A DNA stretch of 64,000 bases, counting the filler, from Octopus bimaculoides (taxonomy: Eukaryota): assembly GCF_001194135.2 (NCBI RefSeq). It is 9 parts of 8 records of this genome, joined end to end, with 100 filler letters (N's around TTAATTAATTAA, not from the genome) between each part and the next. Parts side by side here need not be neighbours in the genome. Positions count along the whole stretch, not along the records: positions 49,435 to 56,651 come from NC_068996.1; positions 56,752 to 58,497 come from NW_026389182.1; positions 58,598 to 60,094 come from NW_026426603.1; positions 60,195 to 62,498 come from NC_068989.1; positions 62,599 to 64,000 come from NW_026433835.1; 4 more parts are not named here. The stretch is one strand, 5' to 3'. Numbering within the stretch: the first letter of the stretch is position 1; every line of letters begins with the position of its first letter. Below are positions 54,656 to 64,000 of the stretch, piece by piece. The notes under the pieces were generated by a model. The model made no database searches. It was not told the origin of the DNA and saw nothing but the letters and a program-made list of their open reading frames with translations. The translations under genes were made by a program, and so were the position numbers.

Positions 54656-55465
54656 CATCCGTCCATTTAATGCCTGTTTGGCTTTCAATCATAGTTTCCT
54701 TCATAATCCAATTTATAACTAGTAGAAATAAAAAGGGAGAAAGTATACAGCCCTGTCAAACTCCTGCTTTTACTTCGGATTTATCCGTAGCTCCGTTTCG
54801 ATGCAAGACTCGGCATGACATTCCTCGGTAAGTTGCTCTTATTATTGATATATACTTGTTTGGTATGCCATAGTGCTGCATAATTCTCCATAAGACTTCC
54901 CTATCTACACTGTCGAATGCTTTTTCGAAATCAATAAAATTAATATAAAGCGGTGCATTCCACTCTACGCTTTGCTCCATGATGATGTGAAGAGTGGCAA
55001 TTTGATCTACACATGAACGGTTCTTCCTAAATCCGGCTTGTTCTTTACACAACAATTTGTCGATTGCTGTCTTCATCCGCTCCAAAGGTATCCTGTTAAA
55101 AACTTTTCCGGGAGTCGATAATGACATAATCCCTCTATAATTTCTGCAAACACATAAATCACCTTTTTTTGGCAATTTTACGAGTTCCTCTTTCCAATCA
55201 TTAGGCACATTTTCTTCCTGCCATATCTTAGAAAATAATGGATGAAACATTTCTACCGCTATTCCTATAGCTGATTTCATTGCTTCAGCTGGAATATTGT
55301 CTACACCTCCCGCTTTCCCATTCTTTAGGGATTGTATAGCCTTTCTTATTTCAAACTTGGACGGTGGGTCAAGGCTGATGTTATGATCCAAATTTCTTGG
55401 TACAATGTTGGCTATTGTGTCTGGAGGTAGTCTATTGAGCAAATCTTCAAAATGCTCCTTCCATG
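54656..55465 (-). mobile_element. RTE-clade LINE reverse transcriptase fragment
   Basis: KNGKAGGVDNIPAE, KLPKKGDL..C.NYRGI, EQAGFRKNRSCVDQI and FIDFEKAFDSV. Confidence 0.92.
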
Positions 55466-55469
55466 CTCC

Positions 55470-55980
55470 TTGAATGGGCTAATCATCCGTGCAATGGATT
55501 TTCAAATTGATTATGAAAACACTGATAGTTGGCACTCTCAGTGTGGTAAAAAAGAGTGGAGGGAATTTGTGGAAGGGGTAGACCCAAGAAGACGTGGGAT
55601 GAAGTGGTGAGAAAGGACTTTCGGATGCTGGATCTCAGAGAGGAGATGATAAGAGGCTGCGACTTGAGGTGATTTGCTGTATTTGAGAAGACATATCAAG
55701 CTAAGTAAAACTGTGGCCATCCATACATACAGGCAGTCCATTGCAGGTGCTGGTGTGCCACATAAAATGTACTTGTGCTGGTGCCATGTAAAATGCACAT
55801 GCTGGTGACACGTAAAAAGTACCCAGGAGTGTCTGTAAAGCAGTTGGTGTTAGGAAGGACCTCTGGTCATAGAGACCGTGCCTGAACAGACAACTGGAGT
55901 CTGGACAGCTCTGCAGTTGGCCAGCTCCTGTCAAACTGTCCAACTCATGCCAGCATGGAAAATCGATATCAAACAATGAT
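55470..55980 (+). mobile_element. RTEX-like LINE 3' end with associated tail repeat
   Basis: GRGRPKKTWDEVVRKD remnant followed by gctggtgccacataaaa subrepeats and an (atg)n tail. Confidence 0.6.
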
Positions 55981-56139
55981 GATGATGATGATGATGATAA
56001 TGAATGACCTCCTATAGTGGTATACGAATATAAACTCAGCAACTTAAAGCTGGTATACACTGCAGAAATAAATGCTGTGATCTGCTGTCAAAACTTCACA
56101 TCCTCCACCTTCATGTTACATTATTCTTATATATAGGTA

Positions 56140-56298
56140 CAGGAGTGGCTGTGTGGTAAGTAGCTTGCTTACCAACCACATGGTTCTGGGTTCAGTCCCA
56201 CTGCGTGGCACCTTGGGCAAGTGTCTTCTACTATAGCCTCGGGCCGACCAAAGCCTTGTGAGTGGATTTGGTAGACGGAAACTGAAAGAAGCCCGTCG

Positions 56299-56331
<33 letters not shown>

Positions 56332-56565
56332 ATGTGTATGTGTGTGTGTCTGTGTTTGTCCCCCCAACATCGCTTGACAACCGATGCTGGTGTGTTTATG
56401 TTCCCCATAACTTAGCGGTTCGGCAAAAAGATACTGATAGAATAAGTGCTAGGCTTACAAAGAATAAGTCCTGGGGTCGATTTGCTCGACTAAAAGACAG
56501 TGCTCCAGCATGGCCACAGTCAAATGACTGAAACAAGTAAAAGAGTAAAAGAGTAAAAGAGTATA
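56140..56565 (+). mobile_element. Young full-length CORE-type tRNA SINE
   Basis: A box tggctgtgtggtaa, B box ggttcagtccc, MIR-core-like gcaccttgggcaagtg, CpGs retained, (aaaagagt)n tail. Confidence 0.9.
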
Positions 56566-57429
56566 CATTTATGCAGTAAGTGACAAAGAGCAAGGGACAA
56601 TTGAAAGCAGAAGGATACTGTTGTTGGCAGCAAAGGTCATGTGATCACCAANNNNNNNNNNNNNNNNNNNNNNNNNNNNNNNNNNNNNNNNNNNNTTAAT
56701 TAATTAANNNNNNNNNNNNNNNNNNNNNNNNNNNNNNNNNNNNNNNNNNNNTCAGATACTGCCAAACCATCCAATCCATGCCAGCATGAAACATGGACTT
56801 TAAATGATGATAATGATGAGAGAAACATTTGATTTGTGTAGAATTTAATTTTATAAAATACTTTATTATCAAATTTACTTCATTCTCAATTTTTTAATTT
56901 TATTTATCATTTATATTATCATTTATATTTGTGCAATATCCGTGGATTTATGTAAATGGACATTAATCCTTTTTTTGTAGGTTTTCTACAAACATAATTC
57001 CAATATTTTGTGCTGTTTTACCATTATCATGCATCTTTTCCAACTGAAAATCCTATATGAACAATTCTTCTCTATAAAAATTCTGTTATATACCCAGTTG
57101 AATATAAGCATTTTTATGTGGTGATATTTATAAAAGAAATATTAATAATTTTACCCATATTTACCTGTAATTAGAGTTTTGAACCAAAGAATTATATAAT
57201 TGATTTATTTAAGAACTTTTTGTTGCATTCCAAAAACCATATTCATACATCAATAAATTAAATAAATTACAGCTGTTTTAAGAAAATCAGTCCAAGTTCT
57301 TGAGTATCTCGAAATTTAATTAAAATACAGAATGAGTACATTTAGTTAGAAATATAGTAACAATAGGGTTACAAATAGAGTAGCAACAAATATAGTAACA
57401 GTAGCAATATAAATTTTAAAATTACTAAC

Positions 57430-57679
57430 CTTGAGGTGCAATGAAAGGACCTGCAGGTGATGATAGATGGATACCAAGTGACTGTGGAGAGGGAGTTGGC
57501 ACAAATGATCCTGGAGAAGGGACATGTAACTGTGGATTACCAGGAGAACCACCTTGACCTAATAATGTACTAGGTGATGGTGTGCTGATTAGGGCTGCTG
57601 AGGGACTTTGAGATACTTGTGGAGGCAAGGATGGAGGAGATGAAAGAGAAAAGGCAGCTGCAGGAGAAGAGGCATAGCC
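57430..57679 (-). CDS. MED14: Internal coding exon of Mediator complex subunit 14 (Ser/Pro-rich region)
   Basis: Pyrimidine-rich acceptor (ttttcctctttttctctcccttag|GGC) and donor (CAAG|gttagt) bound 250 nt, phase 0 to phase 1. It reads GYASSPAAAFSLSSPPSLPPQVSQSPSAALISTPSPSTLLGQGGSPGNPQLHVPSPGSFVPTPSPQSLGIHLSSPAGPFIAPQ(G). The end aligns with my recollection of vertebrate MED14 'PSPASFVPTPPPSSHGISIGPGASFASPHG'. Confidence 0.8.
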
Positions 57680-58619
57680 CTAAGGGAGAGAAAAAGAGGA
57701 AAAGCAATCCAAGTTATTAACCTCATTTAAAAGAAAGTAATGAATAAAAATAACTCCTTTTAAAAAGCAACAAATGCATTAAAATACTTNNNNNNNNNNT
57801 GAATAAAAATAACTCCTTTTAAAAAGCAACAAATGCATTAAAATACTTTGCTTATTAGAAATTCTATTGATGTGAAGTGTGAAGCACAAATTAATATATT
57901 TCTATTTAAAATTATACCCTTTTTCTATCAATGGATAGAAAAACTGAAGAACCAGAATGCAAGAGCCCCAATTAAAACAATAATCTACATAGCTCCTATC
58001 ACTCTCACTTGATAGGTAGAGCATTACTATTGACTAAATAACCATATTGCAACAATTAATACAAATAAGTAAATTATCACATTAAATCTCAACTATGACA
58101 GTAAGTAAAAACATGCAGAAAGACAAGACATAGCTACATTTAAAATGCTAATAATGGCAAAAAATAGCAAGCAAAAAAACTATATTTATTAAAGATAACA
58201 TTATCCCTTGACATGTAATATAAACCTTCTGCTCACACACTAAATTGCAACGTAAATTACTTTACACATTTCATTTCTCATCACCACTTTACCAATCAAC
58301 AATTAAACCAAAGATCTGCCAACTATTCATCTTGTTTCCATCTTTCTATCAGTTACAGTCAAATTCAACACATATTAATGACACAATATTTTATTCCTCT
58401 CTTATTCCACTTTTCCTTAATGGTTCTTAATGAGCTAAACATTCTCTTTAATAAGAACCCAAACAACAACACATGACCAGAAAACAAAATTCCACTCNNN
58501 NNNNNNNNNNNNNNNNNNNNNNNNNNNNNNNNNNNNNNNNNTTAATTAATTAANNNNNNNNNNNNNNNNNNNNNNNNNNNNNNNNNNNNNNNNNNNNTGA
58601 TTTACTTTTGCTTCTGTCT

Positions 58620-58900
58620 CCATTTCGTAATCCTTAATGGCACCACCTCCTTGTTGCAGGTGATTGTCGCTAGATTCGATGGCGGTGATATCCAATACCG
58701 TACTCCCGCAATACCATTCTCCCGCACCCTAGATCACGTGGGATGCCTCTCAAAGCATCCATTTTCAGTTGTAATGGCTCAAGACATGCTGTGAAAAAAA
58801 GCTTGTCTCGAACGGGTAATGCTCCTCGGTAGCACTGCCAGGCCAGGGATTTCCGATGGTTATTCATAGGCCCCGATCCGGTGAAAAAGTGTGAATAAGA
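58620..58900 (-). mobile_element. Tx1/L1-like LINE C-terminal fragment
   Basis: RKSLAWQCYRGALPVRDKL; the same motif occurs at 62885-63240. Confidence 0.65.
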
Positions 58901-59029
58901 TAACGGCATCTGCAGAATCAGCAGCCTGCGGAAATGATCCAAGAATTCTGTAGCACTTTGTATAAGATATAATTCGAACAAAGAACAGCACAAATACAGT
59001 AGTGAAGAATTGACAGGTAAGAACATTGC

Positions 59030-60090
59030 CGACAAGGGAACAAAATTACCAATGGATGGAAAACTTTCAAGAAATATTTAACGAACTGTACAACCATGGC
59101 GATCAAAAGAATAAGCTAGCCCTAGTTGTGGATATAGATATAGATAAAATAATGAAAGCAATTAAAGAATGGAAATACAACGAAACTGCGGAAATCAGTA
59201 TGGAAATGCTCAAACATGGTGGAAATACTGTAGCGAGTGAATTGTCATGTCTGATGAATACTGTTGGAGTGGGCAAAGTTGGCGAGGGGGATTCAGAGTG
59301 AAATTGCAGAATAAGGAAGATCTGTCCAACAACAGTAACTAGCTTTTAGTTATTGGTAAACTTTTCTGAGCAGTACTTCTAAACAATGATGNNNNNNNNN
59401 NCTTTTAGTTATTGGTAAACTTTTCTGAGCAGTACTTCTAAACAATGATGAGGGAAGCTGTTGAAATTGTACTACGAGAGGAACAAGATGGATTTCGCAA
59501 CAACCTATTCTGTACTGAGCAAATCTTCACATTCAGAAATATAACTGAACAGTATGTTGAGCATTAAATATCACAGAAGCTAAATGTTATTGACTTTAGA
59601 AAGGCATTTCATAGTCCTTTTGGAGAACTATCTTGCACTANNNNNNNNNNTTCTTTAACACTTTGTCAATCTCCTTAAGGATTTCTACTGAAATTCGCCA
59701 TACCGTGTTCGAATGGAAACAGGGAAAATAAACTTCATAGGCATCATTACTGGATTGAAACAAGGAAAGCTGCAGTTTTTCGTCTCCTCCTTTTCTTACT
59801 GGCAGTAGACTTTGGATACAAATATGCTGGGTAAAGGAATATCATGGAAAGAAGAGATGAAACTGAAAGACTTGCTTGCTCAAGATTATAAAATCCTTCA
59901 GAGATTCATATCAGAATTAAAACAATGTTAAAAATATTAGTGTGAGAGTCAGTATGGAGAAGAACAAAACAACGAAGATTAAATTTGATGACCGTCGAAC
60001 AACAGCGATAATAGAATTCAATCGAAAAGATATCGTGCTATAAGTATGGAAGACATTCAGAATCTTTGTGGTTTTCATCAGTGATTAAAA
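59030..60090 (+). mobile_element. Highly decayed RTE-like LINE RT
   Basis: EMLKHGG, LREEQDGFR, EQIFTFRNITEQ and IDFRKAF remnants with many frameshifts. Confidence 0.7.
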
Positions 60091-60194
60091 TTACNNNNNN
60101 NNNNNNNNNNNNNNNNNNNNNNNNNNNNNNNNNNNNNNTTAATTAATTAANNNNNNNNNNNNNNNNNNNNNNNNNNNNNNNNNNNNNNNNNNNN

Positions 60195-60227
<33 letters not shown>

Positions 60228-60241
60228 GAGAGAAAGAGAAC

Positions 60242-60279
<38 letters not shown>

Positions 60280-60849
60280 GAGAGAGAGAGAGAGAGTGAG
60301 AGAGAGGGAGATAGTGAGAATGATATAAATCTATGTAACTGAAACGGATGTGAGAATGGAAAAGAATGAAATGAAAAGAAAAACTGGAGACGTATGTAAT
60401 ATAGATAAAGCATACGCTTCCAAAATTTAATGTTTACAAATGTATATATTGATATATGTATTTAGCTTCAAATACCCATCACACAGAAGCGTATATATAC
60501 ACCCATATGGAAAGAGATGCTAAGTAATGATGACAGGAAATGCATATGTATGAGTGTTTTTCTTTCGTGAATGTATACGTGCATTGAAATTTCTGTATTC
60601 CAATATCCGAATATTAAAAAAAATGCAAAATGTATTTATAAATATATATTCATCTGAAGATGAAAGACGTTCTGACAAATGAATTATAGAGGAAAATAGT
60701 AAATGGCTCACTGGTTTTACAAAGATATATTCTTGTCTTGAGTTTCCTTGTAAGCTTGAACACATGAAAAGTAGAAAATTGACAAGTTAAAACTTGAATA
60801 TAGCAAATTTGTACTGAAATTCACCGATATTGAAAGTGTCGAAATTAAA

Positions 60850-61650
60850 TTGATGTCTAGCTTACTGAAGTAGAATATGTTTATTGAATAACTGCAGCTT
60901 CTGATGCTAAGGAATTGGACATTTGTCTAATGTCAGAATTTAAGTTTCTTCAGAAATAGGCCAGACAATAGCTCACGTTCGAATATCTTTCGAAAATAGC
61001 AAACTTATCAAATAAAAATAGATTTCAGGATCGATTTCTGTAATGTTCTATAAATTAAACTTGAAATTTGAATATTTTTCAAGGAATCGATTTTATCTCT
61101 CCAGCGTTCCTTCATTCACATATTTGTTCAATTACTTCAATAGTTTATGCCTCATGCTTCTAAAGTGGTTGAGTAAAGTATTTTAAAAAGCATATCTGAA
61201 CTTTCTGAGAATAGAAAATCACTCTCAACTGTGTTGGAACATTTAATTTCCAGGCTGTAACCATGGCAATGAGAAGAAGGAAAATACATCGGAGCAGCAT
61301 AAGTGAAAATTCCTGATCTTTCAGAGGAGGAAAAATCCACCCAGGCATTCTGAAAATCATGCAAATCGTGCTCTTTTAAATTTTACTTCACCGAGTTTCG
61401 GAGGCTTTTACTGAAATCAAATGAAATAAACTACAATATATCTTTATTGCATTTTAGATACTTCTTTCATTTTATGTTTTTTTTAAATAGCTATTTCTTT
61501 AACATATCTTCCATCCAGAAGAAATTCTATGATTCTCGTAAATGCTTACAGACGCAATGAATAACTGATCAATCACAAAATTACCTTTCTATTGGTTTGA
61601 CATAGTAATTGAAATAGGTTTCTAATTGAATTAAATTACATCATTGATTT
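60850..61650 (-). mobile_element. Possible decayed hAT transposase
   Basis: APMYFPSSHCHGYSLE resembles A.Y.HC..H.LNL. Downstream RWRDKIDSL resembles TRW..R.D.L. Confidence 0.35.
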
Positions 61651-62423
61651 TCTACTCATTCCTTCATTATAGAGAATGCCAATTATTTATAATCCCAATA
61701 ATGTATAGAGATGAAGCAATAGGAATATATATACATGTTCCTTGCACATTATTGTTTACAGCTTCATGACTTTTTCCACATTATGTTCGTGTTAGCTGAA
61801 CACTGCCGCATAGTCAGTCGGACATATTTAGGACCGACAAGTATCTGGTACTCCGTTTATAGTTTCGACTAATTGTAGCATGCTTTGGTGTAAACATGCA
61901 ATTGTAAAATTGTGGATCTACTTTGGCAATCTCGAAATATGCATCCGTTTCTAGAATTTTCATATTTATTTCTAGGTTATGTTGTTGAGTATATAAACCG
62001 TGACAGTCTGTTACTTTGTACGATGCATGTTATTTCTTACCACTAATGTTTTGGCGATTATTGTCTGATGCGTGTCCGGGGGGGGGGGGGTTACAGTAAT
62101 CATACTCATGAGAAGTTATTGTATGTGATCCGATGTCAATAAGCATGTGAGGTGTTATGCAGAGGATGGTATTAGTTGATACCTGCTTTGGTAAAAATGC
62201 TTATTTCTCATTCAATTATTAACGTGTGCAATAAAGTTTCTATGTTAACAATTTCATCACACGTTCTTACTGCAATTTCTAGTTTGCGGCCACATTACGG
62301 AAGCCAGAGCTTGGTTTGAAGTAGCCTATTGTAAAGGGATATAATAGGTACGAGTATAGTTGAGTGTTGAGTTTTGCGTTCTCCGCATCTGAATTTCTTA
62401 ATTATATGTATTTGCTTTGCATT

Positions 62424-62498
<75 letters not shown>

Positions 62499-62884
62499 NN
62501 NNNNNNNNNNNNNNNNNNNNNNNNNNNNNNNNNNNNNNNNNNTTAATTAATTAANNNNNNNNNNNNNNNNNNNNNNNNNNNNNNNNNNNNNNNNNNNNTG
62601 TTTGTCCCCTCTATGTTTAGCCCCTTGTGGGCAATAAAGAAATAGTAATAATGATGATGATGATGATGCAATACCAGGCACTGGCTCTCATGGCTTTTGA
62701 TCTGAAGTGATTGGAAGTGCTATTGTGTACATGTTTTCTCTTGGTACAAAAGATGTGCTACAGCAAATATTCTGCTCAATACCACAGATTTGTTTGTCAT
62801 TTGTTTGACCTTAACCAGTTGAGCATGTCCCTTAGAGGCTGACGATATGTGCATCTCTGATCACGAGCAGAGGGGTGCATCAAT

Positions 62885-63240
62885 CTTTTCAGCCTTGTCC
62901 GCCACACAACTGCTTTCACCATAGCTACTAGACTGAGGAACACCACCTACATTGCCTTTCTAAAGATGGTTGGTGGGGCAGTTCTCATGATGGACTCAGC
63001 TGATAGTCAGCTTCCTCCTGCATGTGCTAACCACCTTTTGACATAATGCCACAAATCAGCAATATATGGACGGGGCACAAATGAGAATGGGTTTCTCATT
63101 CTGTCTGCATCTCAGAAAGTCCCACCTGGCAGCACATCTGCATCTGTAGCATTTATCTTGAACCAGCAGTGCCCCTTGGTAGCACTCCCGGACCAGGGAT
63201 TGCTGGAAGTTATCGATGGTAATACCAGGCCTGAAAGTCC
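62885..63240 (-). mobile_element. Tx1/L1-like LINE C-terminal fragment
   Basis: FQQSLVRECYQGALLVQDK...C.RC...E....LICAP.I. Confidence 0.6.
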
Positions 63241-63244
63241 TGTG

Positions 63245-63475
63245 AAACAGGCCAGCTAGTTCCCTTTTTACTATAGGTCCAAGACCTGAAATCTTGAGAG
63301 AGGTAGACCAGTTGATTATATCAACCTCAGTGCTCAACCGGTTCCTATTTCATTGAGCTTGAAAAATGAAAGAGAAAGTTAACGACAGTGGAGACTGAAC
63401 TCAGGATGCAAAGAATCAGGAATGTCACTAAGCATTTTCTCCAGTGTGCTAATGATCCTGCCGTGTCACCACCTT
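63245..63475 (-). mobile_element. ~230-bp SINE, decayed
   Basis: Reverse complement of the 27643-27860 family (aggtccaagacctgaaat...ctgaactc...ctaagcattttctcc). Confidence 0.65.
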
Positions 63476-63491
63476 AATAATAATAATAATG

Positions 63492-63549
<58 letters not shown>

Positions 63550-63669
63550 TAAAATAAAATAATAAAATAAAATAAAATAATAATAATAATAATAAAAGGA
63601 AAACTAGTTAAGAGTAGCAACATCACACAGGAAAACTAGTTAAGAGTAGAAATAAGAGAATTAGACGAA

Positions 63670-64000
63670 AGCCAGCCATACAAATATTTAGGAATCAATG
63701 AACTAGATAGGATACATGTCACACAAATGAAAGAAAAAATAAAGAAAAAGTACTACAGACGAGTTAGATCAATACTAAAAACAGAGCTCAATGCTAAAAA
63801 CAAGATAATAGGTAATAACACTTTAGCCGTCCCAGTTATAAGTTACAGCTACAATATCCTTAACTGGACAATAAACAAACTATCTAAAATAGACAGGAAA
63901 ACAAGAAAAATAATGACAGGATCTAGGATGCACTACCCAAAATCTGACATAGAAAGGCTATATATACAACGTACAGAAGGTGGTAGGGGTCTTATACAGA
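63670..64000 (+). mobile_element. R4/Dong-like LINE fragment running off the window
   Basis: YKYLGINE...YYRRVRSILKTELNAKNKI...AVPVISYS...IDRKTRKIMT...HYPKSDIERLYIQRTEGGRGLIQ. Confidence 0.85.

Larger units (their letters stand above)
5882..62554. other. Eight artificial scaffold linkers (N44-TTAATTAATTAA-N44)
   Basis: Linkers start at 5882, 18058, 33258, 49379, 56696, 58542, 60139 and 62543. Each is centred in a 100-nt gap and carries stops in all six frames. Confidence 0.95.
400..63600. repeat. Dense microsatellites: (AT)n, (AC)n, (ACAT)n, (GAAA)n, (GA)n, (GTT)n/(GCT)n, (ATC)n, (AAT)n
   Basis: Examples: 3375-3650, 15975-16170, 22600-22760, 48358-48405, 49990-50540, 63475-63595. Most N gaps are flanked by (AT)n. 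Confidence 0.97.

Noticed and set aside
57430-57679. MED15 or generic Pro/Ser low complexity
   Set aside because: The PSPGSFVPTP...GI.....F..P.G end matches MED14 as I recall it better than MED15, and canonical splice sites bound it.
57736-59450. Short tandem duplications at 57740-57850 and 59338-59450 (also 39743-39850)
   Set aside because: Identical sequence on both sides of 10-N gaps indicates unmerged contig overlaps.
240-62546. Numerous ORFs rich in YI, HT, CV, poly-N/T/D/M or X
   Set aside because: They are translations of microsatellites or read through N runs.
5882-62554. Recurrent TTAATTAATTAA (PacI-containing) motif as a biological signal
   Set aside because: It is always centred in an exact 44N-12-44N gap and is a six-frame stop linker, so it is an assembly artefact.

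Overview
AT-rich, gap-riddled animal genomic DNA. The dense (AT)n/(AC)n microsatellites and the tRNA-derived SINE families look like an octopus/coleoid genome; this is an inference from the repeat landscape. The window is almost entirely intronic or intergenic repeat. The only host coding sequence I can support is one 250-nt internal exon on the minus strand (57430-57679) matching the Ser/Pro-rich region of Mediator subunit MED14; I could not find its neighbouring exons. The rest is decayed transposons: Tc1/mariner elements, RTE/RTEX, Tx1/L1-like and R4/Dong-like LINE fragments, three Penelope-like fragments, Helitron-like ends, a hAT remnant, MITEs and many SINEs. Eight 100-nt gaps contain an artificial TTAATTAATTAA linker, so contig adjacency is uncertain. 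Most listed ORFs are microsatellite or N-run artefacts. The most unusual structures are: five diverged SINE copies stacked head-to-tail, each preceded by the same AGTTAGTAA motif; a GG..CC MITE with an 8-bp TSD that carries (TTAGGG)n; a degenerate hammerhead-like motif; a 270-bp near-identical direct repeat pair; and a CpG-depleted central domain. I found no convincing novel multi-gene system. All alignments were by eye from remembered family motifs, and boundaries are approximate unless exact motifs are quoted.
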